64,000 nt of DNA from an uncultured Arcobacter sp. (GTDB lineage: Bacteria > Campylobacterota > Campylobacteria > Campylobacterales > Arcobacteraceae): positions 1,312,001 through 1,376,000 of the forward strand of contig OZ223300.1 of NCBI GenBank assembly GCA_965140705.1. Direction: 5' to 3'. The stretch's first letter is position 1; each line of letters begins with the position of its first letter. Positions 19,007 to 28,279 of this stretch are shown here, piece after piece. The notes below the pieces were generated by a model. It searched no databases and was not told where the DNA came from. It was given only the letters and a program-made list of their open reading frames with translations. The translations under genes were made by a program, and so were the position numbers.

Positions 19007-21244
19007 ATGAGTAAGTTTAAAATTGAAGTGCAAGGTATTGTTCAAGGTGTAGGGTTTCGTCCCTTTGTCTATAATCTTGCTTTAAAACACACTTTAACTG
19101 GCTATGTAAACAATGATGATAAAGGTGTAAATATATTATTGCAAGGTAGCCAAAATAGTATTAATACCTTTGTTGATGAACTTAAAAGTAATCCTCCTGT
19201 TTTATCAAAGATAGATAATATAACTATTCTTGAAGATAATTCTTTAGATAGTTTTGATGATTTTCAGATTATAGAAAGTATTAATAAAAATAATAAATCA
19301 ACTTTAATCTCTCCTGATATTGCCATATGTGATGATTGTATAAAAGATATTTCTAATTCAAAAGATAGAAGATATAAATACGCCTTTACCAATTGTACAA
19401 ACTGTGGTCCAAGATACTCCATAATCAACACTGTACCATACGATAGAATTAACACTTCAATGAAAGATTTTATCATGTGTGAATCATGCAAAAGTGAGTA
19501 TGAAAATCCAAAAGATAGACGATACCATGCCCAACCAGTTTGTTGTCCCTCTTGTGGACCTCAAATAAAACTATATGATAATCAAAGAAATGAACAGCAA
19601 AGTGAAGATTGTATTAAAGATATAGCACAAAAAATAAATGATGGATTTATAGTTGCTATAAAAGGAATAGGAGGATTTCACATAATTTGTGATGCTACAA
19701 ATGAAAATACAATTAAAAAGCTTAGAGAAAAAAAGAATCGTCCAACAAAACCTTTTGCTCTTATGTTTAAGAATATAGATCAAATAAAAGAACATACAAA
19801 TATATCAAATAAAGAAGAAGAGATAATTCTCTCAAAAGAGAAACCAATAGTAATAGTAAACAAAAATTCAAATAATATAATAAGTGAACAAATAGCTCCA
19901 AACATCAATAGACTTGGAGTCTTTTTACCATATACACCTTTGCATATTCTTCTTTTTGAATATTTAAATAATCCAATTATTGCCACAAGTGCAAACTTAA
20001 AAGATGAACCAATAATAAAAGATGTTGAAGATATTTTTGCAAAACTATCTAATGTGGTTGATTATGTCTTAGATTTCAATAGGGATATAATAAATGCTTG
20101 TGATGATTCCATTGTGCAAGTTGTAAATGATGAGATACAAATATTAAGATTAGCAAGGGGATATACTCCGATATCTTTTAAAAAAGAGAAAAAATTTGCA
20201 CAAAATACTCTAGGTGTAGGGGCAAATCAGAAAAGCTCTATCTCTTTAGGTTTTTCAAATAATATAATTTCTTCTCCATATATTGGAGATATGAACTCTA
20301 TAGTTTCTATGGAGTATTTTCAAAGAAGTATAAATACCTTTAAAAGTTTTTATGATTTTGAACCAGAAACTATTATTTGTGATAAACATCCCTCTTATGA
20401 AACTACAAAATGGGCAAAAGCACAAGATAAACAAGTAATTCAAATCCAACATCACTATGCCCATGTTTTATCAGGCATGGCTGAGTATGATTTAAATGAA
20501 GATGTTTTAGCTTTTGTATTTGATGGAACTGGATATGGAGATGATGGAAATATTTGGGGTGGTGAAGTTTTTATTGCAAATAGAAACTCATATAAAAGAA
20601 TCAATCATCTGAAATATTTTAAACTCTTAGGTGGAGAAAAAGCTGTAAAAGAGCCAAAAAGAGTTGCTTTGTCTTTACTTTTTGATAATTTTACCCTTGA
20701 AGAAGTTTTAAATTTAGATAATGCATGTGTAAACTCTTTTTCTAAAAATGAGCTAGAGTTATTTTATAAAATTTGGCAAAAGAATTTAAATGCACCACTT
20801 ACTAGCTCTTTTGGAAGAGTTTTTGATGCAATATCGTCATTTGCTAATATTTTACAAATACAAACTTATGAGGGAGAAACAGGGCTTCAAATAGAAAAAG
20901 AGTACGATGAAAATATAAAAAACTCATATGCTTATGAAATAATTGATAATCAAATTGATTTATCAAAAGCTATATTGGAAATAATAAATGATAAAGATAA
21001 AAGAGTTATTTGTAGTAAATTTATAAATATGATTATAAATATTATATGTGAAATATCTTTAGAAAATAAGAACTTAAAAGTTCTACTATCAGGTGGGGTA
21101 TTTCAAAATAAAACATTATTAGAACAATTATCTAAGAGATTGAAAAAAGAAAGAATCAAATTCTATTTTTCTAAAACTATTCCTCTAAATGATCAAGGAA
21201 TCTCCCTTGGTCAACTATATTTTCAAAAGACTAGTTTAAACTAG
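19007..21244 (+). CDS. hypF: Carbamoyltransferase HypF
   Basis: GIVQGVGFRPFVY acylphosphatase domain, Zn fingers, QHHYAH, DGTGYG, NDQGISLGQ. Confidence 0.97.
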   Translation: MSKFKIEVQGIVQGVGFRPFVYNLALKHTLTGYVNNDDKGVNILLQGSQNSINTFVDELKSNPPVLSKIDNITILEDNSLDSFDDFQIIESINKNNKSTLISPDIAICDDCIKDISNSKDRRYKYAFTNCTNCGPRYSIINTVPYDRINTSMKDFIMCESCKSEYENPKDRRYHAQPVCCPSCGPQIKLYDNQRNEQQSEDCIKDIAQKINDGFIVAIKGIGGFHIICDATNENTIKKLREKKNRPTKPFALMFKNIDQIKEHTNISNKEEEIILSKEKPIVIVNKNSNNIISEQIAPNINRLGVFLPYTPLHILLFEYLNNPIIATSANLKDEPIIKDVEDIFAKLSNVVDYVLDFNRDIINACDDSIVQVVNDEIQILRLARGYTPISFKKEKKFAQNTLGVGANQKSSISLGFSNNIISSPYIGDMNSIVSMEYFQRSINTFKSFYDFEPETIICDKHPSYETTKWAKAQDKQVIQIQHHYAHVLSGMAEYDLNEDVLAFVFDGTGYGDDGNIWGGEVFIANRNSYKRINHLKYFKLLGGEKAVKEPKRVALSLLFDNFTLEEVLNLDNACVNSFSKNELELFYKIWQKNLNAPLTSSFGRVFDAISSFANILQIQTYEGETGLQIEKEYDENIKNSYAYEIIDNQIDLSKAILEIINDKDKRVICSKFINMIINIICEISLENKNLKVLLSGGVFQNKTLLEQLSKRLKKERIKFYFSKTIPLNDQGISLGQLYFQKTSLN

Positions 21245-21444
21245 TCTTTTTTACAACTTTCTTTATTACAAGTTGTATCGATTTTAAGTGGACAATAAAG
21301 GGGGCACCATCCAATAAGTGCTGTAGCTAATGGAATCAATCCAATTAGACCTAACCAACTATTTGTCATAACACCATACGCTATAATTGCTACTCCTACA
21401 ATAATTCTAATTATTTTATCTGTTTTACCAATATTTTTATTCAT
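21241..21444 (-). CDS. DUF2892 (YgaP-like) small membrane protein
   Basis: NIGKTDKIIR...GWCPLY pattern. Confidence 0.85.
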   Translation of the reverse strand: MNKNIGKTDKIIRIIVGVAIIAYGVMTNSWLGLIGLIPLATALIGWCPLYCPLKIDTTCNKESCKKD

Positions 21445-21541
21445 ACAAATCCTTTAGATATTAGTTTTACTAATGATACTATAAATATTATATATTTGTA
21501 CAAAAAAGAATTAAACTAATTAAAATTAGATTTATTTATAA

Positions 21542-21838
21542 TTATGCTATTGCCACTTTTTTGATTTTTCTTTCGATAAAAAATAGTCCAAAAGGAATAA
21601 ATGAGTATATAAATAATTCTATTGTGAATCTCATATTCCAATTATATTTTTTCATTGCTTCATATAATAAAATTAAAAATAGTATAAATAAAATACCATG
21701 GGTCATACCTATAACTTTTACTGGGTAGGGATTATGAGCTATATATTTTATTGGCATGGCAATAAAAAGCAAAGTTAAATAAGAGATTCCTTCTATTATT
21801 GAAATAATTCTAAATCTATTTAGAGCTGTTTTTAACAT
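21542..21838 (-). CDS. DUF3817-family membrane protein
   Basis: EGISYL, GMTHGILF, IPFG motifs. Confidence 0.82.
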   Translation of the reverse strand: MLKTALNRFRIISIIEGISYLTLLFIAMPIKYIAHNPYPVKVIGMTHGILFILFLILLYEAMKKYNWNMRFTIELFIYSFIPFGLFFIERKIKKVAIA

Positions 21839-21936
21839 TTTGTTTCCTTTATTTTGACAAATATTAACCAATTTGCTTTAACACAAAATTAATAAAATTG
21901 GCTATAATTTATAATTAAATTAATATAGGATTTTTA

Positions 21937-22470
21937 ATGGACGATAGATTACATGAAGTTATAGCAAAGTGTGCAATTATTCATGAAACAAATATAAAAA
22001 CAAATATAATAGATGATTTGGACAAAATAGTTGAAAACTTAAGTGAGGAAGATAGTGATGTAAAGGAACATTATTTGACTCTTCTTATGCAGTATTATTT
22101 TCAAAAGAATAAATTAGAACAATTGAAACAGTTACTTTTAGATGGCTATAAGTTTGACATGAGATTTATAGATATAGTAGAAGCTTTTTGCCATTTAAAA
22201 GATGATGAAGATAATGTTATAGAGTTTTTAGAAGATAATGTTGTAATGTTAAAAGATAGTATTACAGATAATGATTTAAATAAGATGTATGAATATTACC
22301 AATCAAACTTAGAGTATAAAAATTTTATAGATGAGCCATTAAATCTTATCAAAAAAAATAGATATGTTTGTGCTCAAGCATATAAAAGCAAAGAAGAGTT
22401 TGCAAAGTTCTTTTTAAATGAAGATTTACTTGAATCCCTTAAAAGAGATATGCCTTTTATCTTGAAGTAA
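21937..22470 (+). CDS. Hypothetical protein
   Basis: 177-aa ORF with AGGA RBS; no family recognised. Confidence 0.75.
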   Translation: MDDRLHEVIAKCAIIHETNIKTNIIDDLDKIVENLSEEDSDVKEHYLTLLMQYYFQKNKLEQLKQLLLDGYKFDMRFIDIVEAFCHLKDDEDNVIEFLEDNVVMLKDSITDNDLNKMYEYYQSNLEYKNFIDEPLNLIKKNRYVCAQAYKSKEEFAKFFLNEDLLESLKRDMPFILK

Positions 22471-22474
22471 GAAT

Positions 22475-23131
22475 TTAATCTTTAAAATATAAATCTTTTA
22501 AAATATTTATTTGCTTATTTTGTAAGTAGTTAAATTTGAACTCGCACTCTTTTAAGTAATAAAAGAAGTTTTTTTCATCAATTCCTTTGTATTTTTTTAA
22601 ATTTTCTTCAAGGTATTTCCAAAAAATACCCAAAGGAGTTTTATAAGAGTTTATAGAGTAAAGTTTATGCCATTTTAAATAATACTCATAATCTTTTGTA
22701 CTACTTTCAATACTATGCTTAGGTAGTTTAGGCATAAGTAATGTATATATTTTTTTACTTGAATAAAATCCAATAATATTAATAGCATCAAAAAGTGAGC
22801 GGGTTTTTTTATTTTGTTCTCTTGTTGTAAAGTAATAGTACTCTTGGTAAGAACTATTGTCCTTTATACTCATATTATACTCTTCATCTAAGAAGTTTGC
22901 TATAAGTCTTCTAAAAAGCATATATCTATTTTGAACAGTTCTATAGTTTAGTTCTAGTATTTGTGCAGTTTTATTTGCATTTATATTATTGCAAAAGTAG
23001 TTTATTATTGTTATATCTGTTTCTAATTTTTTTAAGGAGAATTTTCTTTTGCAAGATTTACATTTTTTATAGTTATCTTGTAAGTTATAAAGTAAGTGAT
23101 GATTACAAAAAGGGCAATTAGTTAAATTCAT
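22475..23131 (-). CDS. IS1595/ISXO2 transposase-like protein, apparently lacking DDE catalytic residues
   Basis: N-terminal CPFC...CKSC Zn ribbon, HTH, C-terminal FW...LKKYKGI...YLKECEFKFN. Confidence 0.7.
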   Translation of the reverse strand: MNLTNCPFCNHHLLYNLQDNYKKCKSCKRKFSLKKLETDITIINYFCNNINANKTAQILELNYRTVQNRYMLFRRLIANFLDEEYNMSIKDNSSYQEYYYFTTREQNKKTRSLFDAINIIGFYSSKKIYTLLMPKLPKHSIESSTKDYEYYLKWHKLYSINSYKTPLGIFWKYLEENLKKYKGIDEKNFFYYLKECEFKFNYLQNKQINILKDLYFKD

Positions 23132-23215
23132 AAAAAATTATAGCTAAAATAGAATTTATATAAATTGATAAGTAAAAAATCATATAATCAATAAAATTTA
23201 ATTATGGAGAGATAT

Positions 23216-23554
23216 ATGAATAATACTGCAAAAATATTATGGGCAAGCGATAATAAAGAGACAGCTTTAAGTATGGTGTGTTTGTATGCACATAATGCGA
23301 AGATAAAAGGTTGGATTGACAATGTACAAGTATTGGTCTGGGGTGCTTCTCAAAAGCTTATAAGTGAAGATAAAGAAGTACAAGAGAAAGTAAAAGCAAT
23401 GATAGCTGATGGTGTTGAAGTAATTGCCTGTCAAAAATGTTCTGAAGATTTGGGTGTAAAAGATGAGTTACAAGCTTGTAATATGCAAGTTTATTATACT
23501 GGTGAATTATTAAGCTCTTGGATTAAAAGTGGAGAGAGTATTATTTCAGTATAA
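23216..23554 (+). CDS. DsrE/DsrF-like protein
   Basis: VWGASQKL, ACQKC; GGAG RBS before ATG 23216. Confidence 0.75.
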   Translation: MNNTAKILWASDNKETALSMVCLYAHNAKIKGWIDNVQVLVWGASQKLISEDKEVQEKVKAMIADGVEVIACQKCSEDLGVKDELQACNMQVYYTGELLSSWIKSGESIISV

Positions 23555-24689
23555 ATTTTTTTGTAATAAGGACTAGTAAAACAATTATAAATAGTGAAGC
23601 ACCTATGATAGAGAAAAATTTTTGTATTTCAAAAATAGCAATTAATGGATGAAAAACTATAGGTGAAAGAAACTGTCCTAAAAATATAGAAGAAGTGAAG
23701 TATCCTGAACTTTTGACTCTCATTTTAGGATTTGTTTTACTTAACATCCAGGCAACTGCATTTGTCATCATAAATCCACCTGAAAAGCCCAATATTGGTG
23801 CTGTTATAAAAAAGAAATGGACATTTGTTATTATTCCCACTAAACTTAGACCAAAAGAAATAAGGGTTAACCCTATAATATAAATAGTAGAGTATGAATA
23901 TATTTTTTTTAACTTTGAAAAGGCAATAGCCCCTAAAGCATTACAAAAAAATGCAGTAGCAATTATAGTTCCAGCATAAGAGCCACTTACTTTAAATTTT
24001 TCAATAAGTAAAAAAGGAAATTGTGTTGGCAAAATAAAAAATAAAAGCATATAGAAAAAAGCAAAAAAATAGACAAATAAAATATTTTTACTTATGTTTG
24101 GAGTTTCATCTACTTCTATATTTTCTATTTTTATCTCTGTTATATTTTTAAAAACAAAGGGTATTAGAAGTATTCCAATAAAGTAAATACCAAAAGGAAA
24201 TCTCCAATTCATATCAGATAGCATTCCTCCCCCGATGACAAAAAAGACTCCTCCTAAAGCCATAAATGAACTTTGATAAGCCATGAATTGATGTCTTTCT
24301 TCTTCTTTAAAATAATCTCCAACAAGGGATGTTGAAACAATCATCAAAGTAGCAACGCATAATCCAAACAGTGCTCTCGATGCTAAAAGTGTCTCTATAC
24401 TATCAAGATATAATCCAGCTGTACCAAAAAATGAAAAGAAAAAAAGTGCAATAAGAACTGATTTTTTTTTGCCAAATCTAAATATAAGATGTCCTAAAAC
24501 AGGAGCTAATAGTGCAATAGAAAAGGAAGGTAATGTAAGCATCAATCTTGAATAAAACTCTATATTTGCTATATGTTTAAAATACTCTTTTAAATGTGGT
24601 AAAGATGTAACAATGGCTACATTTGACATGGTAGTTGTCATTGCTAATAAAAGTAGAGTTAGAAGAGTAAGTTTGTGTATATTTTTCAT
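23541..24689 (-). CDS. MFS transporter
   Basis: About 12 TM helices, GHLIFRFGKK motif A-like, WRFPF. Confidence 0.88.
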   Translation of the reverse strand: MKNIHKLTLLTLLLLAMTTTMSNVAIVTSLPHLKEYFKHIANIEFYSRLMLTLPSFSIALLAPVLGHLIFRFGKKKSVLIALFFFSFFGTAGLYLDSIETLLASRALFGLCVATLMIVSTSLVGDYFKEEERHQFMAYQSSFMALGGVFFVIGGGMLSDMNWRFPFGIYFIGILLIPFVFKNITEIKIENIEVDETPNISKNILFVYFFAFFYMLLFFILPTQFPFLLIEKFKVSGSYAGTIIATAFFCNALGAIAFSKLKKIYSYSTIYIIGLTLISFGLSLVGIITNVHFFFITAPILGFSGGFMMTNAVAWMLSKTNPKMRVKSSGYFTSSIFLGQFLSPIVFHPLIAIFEIQKFFSIIGASLFIIVLLVLITKKFILK

Positions 24690-24765
24690 CTGTGGAAGTG
24701 TATCATCATTTAAATTAAAAATTTAATTGTTTATGGAGTAAAAATTGCATAATATTCTAATATGA

Positions 24766-24778
24766 GAGTATGATACTC
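24766..24778. promoter_or_regulatory. Palindrome upstream of the NifX-like gene
   Basis: GAGTAT-G-ATACTC. Confidence 0.35.
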
Positions 24779-24804
24779 ATATAAATTAATAAAAGGTAAA
24801 TATT

Positions 24805-25197
24805 ATGAAAATAGCAATTCCCGTAAAAGATGAGAAATTAACTTTTTTTAGTAATGCAGGGCATACTCCAAAGTTTGCAATATATGATTTAAGTGGAACA
24901 GGTATGTTCCGTTCTTTTAATCTAAACTCTGTAATAAATAATCCAAGAAGTGATCTTGACCATGATCATCCAGAAGAAGAGCATGCTTGTGATCACTCAC
25001 ATGATGATGAAGAACACATAGCTCAACATAATAAAATGGGTGTAGCACTTAATGGATGTGATTATATTGTAGTTAAAAAAGCTTGCAAAAATACAGCTAA
25101 ATCTTTTACTTCTCAAGGTATAAAGATAGTTAAGTATAATGGTGAATCAATAGACGTAAATGAGATACTAAAAGAGACATCTACAAATTTTGCGTAA
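24805..25197 (+). CDS. NifB/NifX-family protein with His/acid-rich insert
   Basis: MKIAIPV...GHTPKFAIYD; DHDHPEEEHACDHSHDDEEH; LNGCDYIVV. Confidence 0.75.
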   Translation: MKIAIPVKDEKLTFFSNAGHTPKFAIYDLSGTGMFRSFNLNSVINNPRSDLDHDHPEEEHACDHSHDDEEHIAQHNKMGVALNGCDYIVVKKACKNTAKSFTSQGIKIVKYNGESIDVNEILKETSTNFA

Positions 25198-25280
25198 TAA
25201 ATGCTTTTATAGTTCTAAAAATACATAAGAATAGAAAATTTTAGTTTAGTTTTATATTACTTGCATTACACTACAGTAAA

Positions 25281-25294
25281 TGAACAAGTATTCA
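25281..25294. promoter_or_regulatory. Putative TetR operator, copy 7 (hypB promoter)
   Basis: TGAACAAGTATTCA, 8 bp after TACACT (25267-25272). Confidence 0.58.
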
Positions 25295-25318
25295 TAAACT
25301 AAACTAAAAGGCAAAAAT

Positions 25319-26095
25319 ATGTGTAAAGATTGCGGTTGTAGTATAACAGACCATCATCATCACGACCATGAGCATAGCCACTCTCATGATAGTCATAATC
25401 ACCAAGCGGCACACGAAACACTTCATCATAACCCACAGTTAAATGATTCAAAAACAATTTCAGTAATCAAAAAAATACTTGATAAAAATGACCATGAAGC
25501 AGCTCACAATAGAGCTCACTTTGAAGAAAACAAAGTATTAGGTATAAACCTTATGTCAAGTCCAGGAAGTGGTAAAACAACACTATTGGAAAAATTTGCT
25601 GATATGGTTGATTTTAAATTTGCAGTAGTGGAAGGTGATTTAGAAACATCAAGGGATGCAGATAGATTAACAGCTAAAGGAATAAATGCTGTTCAAATAC
25701 AAACAGGAAGTGCCTGTCATTTAGATGCATTTATGGTTCATAAGGGATTACATGATATCTCTTTAGATGATATAGATGTTTGTTTTGTAGAAAATGTAGG
25801 AAACCTAGTATGTCCAGCATCGTATGATGTGGGAACTCATTTGAATATAGTATTAGTATCTGTTCCAGAGGGTGAAGATAAAATAGAAAAATATCCAGTT
25901 ATGTTTAGATGTGCTGATTTGATTCTTTTTACTAAAACAGATTTATTGCCATACTTTGAATATGATATTCAAAAAGAAAAAGAGTATGCAAGAAAACTAA
26001 ATCCAAGTGTTGATATATTGGAAGTATCAACGAAAGAGGAAGAGAGTATTAAGAAAGTAATAGAGTGGATAAACTTTAAAAGAAAAATGCGATAA
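25319..26095 (+). CDS. hypB: Hydrogenase nickel incorporation GTPase HypB
   Basis: CKDCGC, His-rich tract, SSPGSGKTT, CHLDA, ENVGNLVCP. Confidence 0.97.
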   Translation: MCKDCGCSITDHHHHDHEHSHSHDSHNHQAAHETLHHNPQLNDSKTISVIKKILDKNDHEAAHNRAHFEENKVLGINLMSSPGSGKTTLLEKFADMVDFKFAVVEGDLETSRDADRLTAKGINAVQIQTGSACHLDAFMVHKGLHDISLDDIDVCFVENVGNLVCPASYDVGTHLNIVLVSVPEGEDKIEKYPVMFRCADLILFTKTDLLPYFEYDIQKEKEYARKLNPSVDILEVSTKEEESIKKVIEWINFKRKMR

Positions 26096-26147
26096 GTCAA
26101 AATTAATCTGCATTTAAAAGCGATGACAGTAAAAGGAATAAATAAAG

Positions 26148-26429
26148 ATGTGCCTATCAATACCATCAAAAATAAAAAGTATAAATAAAGAGAGTAATAC
26201 TTGTATAGTAGATACTATGGGAGTAGAGCGAAGTGCAAGTTTAGATTTAATAGACCAAGAGGTTGATATTGGAGATTATGTACTTATTCATATAGGTTTT
26301 GCTATGAATAAAATAGATGAAGATGATGCAAAGGAATCACTAAAAGTATATAAAGAGATAATAGATAAAATGGAAGAGCAAGATAGACTGCAAACAATAG
26401 AAGATGCAGAAAATTGTCCTTCTAGGTAA
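26148..26429 (+). CDS. hypC: HypC chaperone
   Basis: MCLSIP, GDYVLIHIGFA. Confidence 0.96.
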   Translation: MCLSIPSKIKSINKESNTCIVDTMGVERSASLDLIDQEVDIGDYVLIHIGFAMNKIDEDDAKESLKVYKEIIDKMEEQDRLQTIEDAENCPSR

Positions 26430-26434
26430 AGTAT

Positions 26435-27559
26435 ATGAGTGAACTACAACTAAAAGATTTATACGATAGCTTTAGAGATCCAAAAACAATAAAGGCACTA
26501 AAAAAGCTAATAGATAAAGAGGCTCAAAAACTAAATAGGGACATAAATATTATGGAAGTATGTGGTGGACATACCCATACTATTATGAAGTATGGACTTC
26601 CTCAACTCCTTCCTTCAAATATAAACTTTGTACATGGTCCTGGTTGTCCTGTGTGTGTTATGCCAAAAGAGAGAATTGACCATGCATATATATTAAGTTT
26701 ACAAGAAGATGTAATACTTGTAACACTAGGTGATATGATAAAAGTTCCAGGAAGTCATGGAAGCTTACAAGATGCCAGAAGTAAAGGTGCAGATGTAAGA
26801 TTTGTATATTCACCTTTAGATACTATAAAAATAGCAAATGAGAATTCAGAAAAAAAGATTATCTTTTTTGCAATAGGCTTTGAAACAACTACTCCTATGA
26901 CAGCAGCACTATTGGAGCATGTAACTAAGAGTGGAATACATAATATACTATTTCATATAAATCATATAACAGTACCAGAACCTATGAGAGCACTACTTGA
27001 TAGTAGTGATTGCAAAATAGATGCTTTTATAGGACCTTCTCATGTAAGTGTAATAACTGGTTCTAAGATATATGAAGAGTTTGTGGTAGATTATAAAAAG
27101 CCAGTAGTAGTAAGTGGCTTTGAACCAGTAGATGTAATGCAATCAATTTTATCTATTGTAAAACAGTTCAATGAAAATAGATGTGACTTGGAACTTCAAT
27201 ACTCAAGAGCAGTATCATATGATGGAAACCTAAGAGCTCAAGAGTTAAATAATAAGTTTTTTACAAAAGCAGAACACTTTAGATGGAGAGGTTTAGGCGA
27301 TATAAAAGATTCAGCATATAAACTAAGAGATGAGTATTCTTCTATAGATGCTGAGATAATATATAAAGATATCTTACCAAATGAAAAAATAGATGACCAT
27401 AAACTTTGTATCTGTGGAAGTATTATGAGGGGCGTAGCTAAACCAAATGATTGTAAGGTCTTTGGAACAGCATGTAAACCAAGTAGCCCGTTAGGATCTT
27501 GTATGGTTAGTAGCGAAGGTGCATGTTCGGCATACTACAAATATGGAAATTTATTATAA
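26435..27559 (+). CDS. hypD: HypD
   Basis: EVCGGHT, GPGCPVC, GFETT, CMVSSEGAC. Confidence 0.97.
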   Translation: MSELQLKDLYDSFRDPKTIKALKKLIDKEAQKLNRDINIMEVCGGHTHTIMKYGLPQLLPSNINFVHGPGCPVCVMPKERIDHAYILSLQEDVILVTLGDMIKVPGSHGSLQDARSKGADVRFVYSPLDTIKIANENSEKKIIFFAIGFETTTPMTAALLEHVTKSGIHNILFHINHITVPEPMRALLDSSDCKIDAFIGPSHVSVITGSKIYEEFVVDYKKPVVVSGFEPVDVMQSILSIVKQFNENRCDLELQYSRAVSYDGNLRAQELNNKFFTKAEHFRWRGLGDIKDSAYKLRDEYSSIDAEIIYKDILPNEKIDDHKLCICGSIMRGVAKPNDCKVFGTACKPSSPLGSCMVSSEGACSAYYKYGNLL

Positions 27560-28279
27560 ATGAAAAAGCTTTTTATTATTAAAGCTGGTATTACATTTGA
27601 TGATACAAAAAAAGAGAATAAAGATTTTGATACTTGGGTTATTGATAAATTAGATAATTCTAATTTAGATATTGAAGTTATACATATACAAGAGAAAATA
27701 TATTTCCCAAATATAGATGAGGTCTCTGGAGTTATAATAACAGGTTCCCATTCGATGGTAACAGATGAAGAGCCTTGGAGTGTTGCAATTGAAAAATGGA
27801 TTCCAACTTTAATACAAAATGATATTCCTTTATTGGGAATATGTTATGGGCATCAACTTTTAGGGAAAAGTTTAGGTGGAGTAAGTGGTTATCATAAAGC
27901 TGGAATAGAGATAGGTACTGTAGATATAAACCTATGTGATGAAGCCAAAAATGATAAACTTTTTAAAGATATACCTGCAACTTTTATGGCACATACTATT
28001 CATTCCCAATCTGTATTAGAACTTCCTAGTAATAGTGTTTTATTAGCATATAACAAACATGATAAAAATCATGCCTTTAGAGTAGGGAAAAATGCTTGGG
28101 GTGTGCAGTTTCATCCTGAATATAATGAAACTATCATGAAATCATATATTAAAGAAGTAGGAAAAACAAAAGATATTCATACAGATATTTTAATAGAAAA
28201 AATAAAAAAGACTCCATATGCAAATCTAGTTTTAAAGAGATTTGGTGAGATAGTTGAAGAAGAGGTTAAAGATGACTAA
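27560..28279 (+). CDS. Class I glutamine amidotransferase (stand-alone)
   Basis: IITGS, LGICYGHQ, VQFHPE catalytic triad. Confidence 0.9.
   Translation: MKKLFIIKAGITFDDTKKENKDFDTWVIDKLDNSNLDIEVIHIQEKIYFPNIDEVSGVIITGSHSMVTDEEPWSVAIEKWIPTLIQNDIPLLGICYGHQLLGKSLGGVSGYHKAGIEIGTVDINLCDEAKNDKLFKDIPATFMAHTIHSQSVLELPSNSVLLAYNKHDKNHAFRVGKNAWGVQFHPEYNETIMKSYIKEVGKTKDIHTDILIEKIKKTPYANLVLKRFGEIVEEEVKDD

Noticed and set aside
22440..23200. Active IS1595 insertion sequence
   Set aside because: No terminal inverted repeats or target duplication seen and catalytic motifs are missing; reported as a degenerate homologue instead.
24805..25197. Evidence of a nitrogen fixation cluster
   Set aside because: A lone NifX-like fold is widespread outside nif clusters; no nifHDK in this window.
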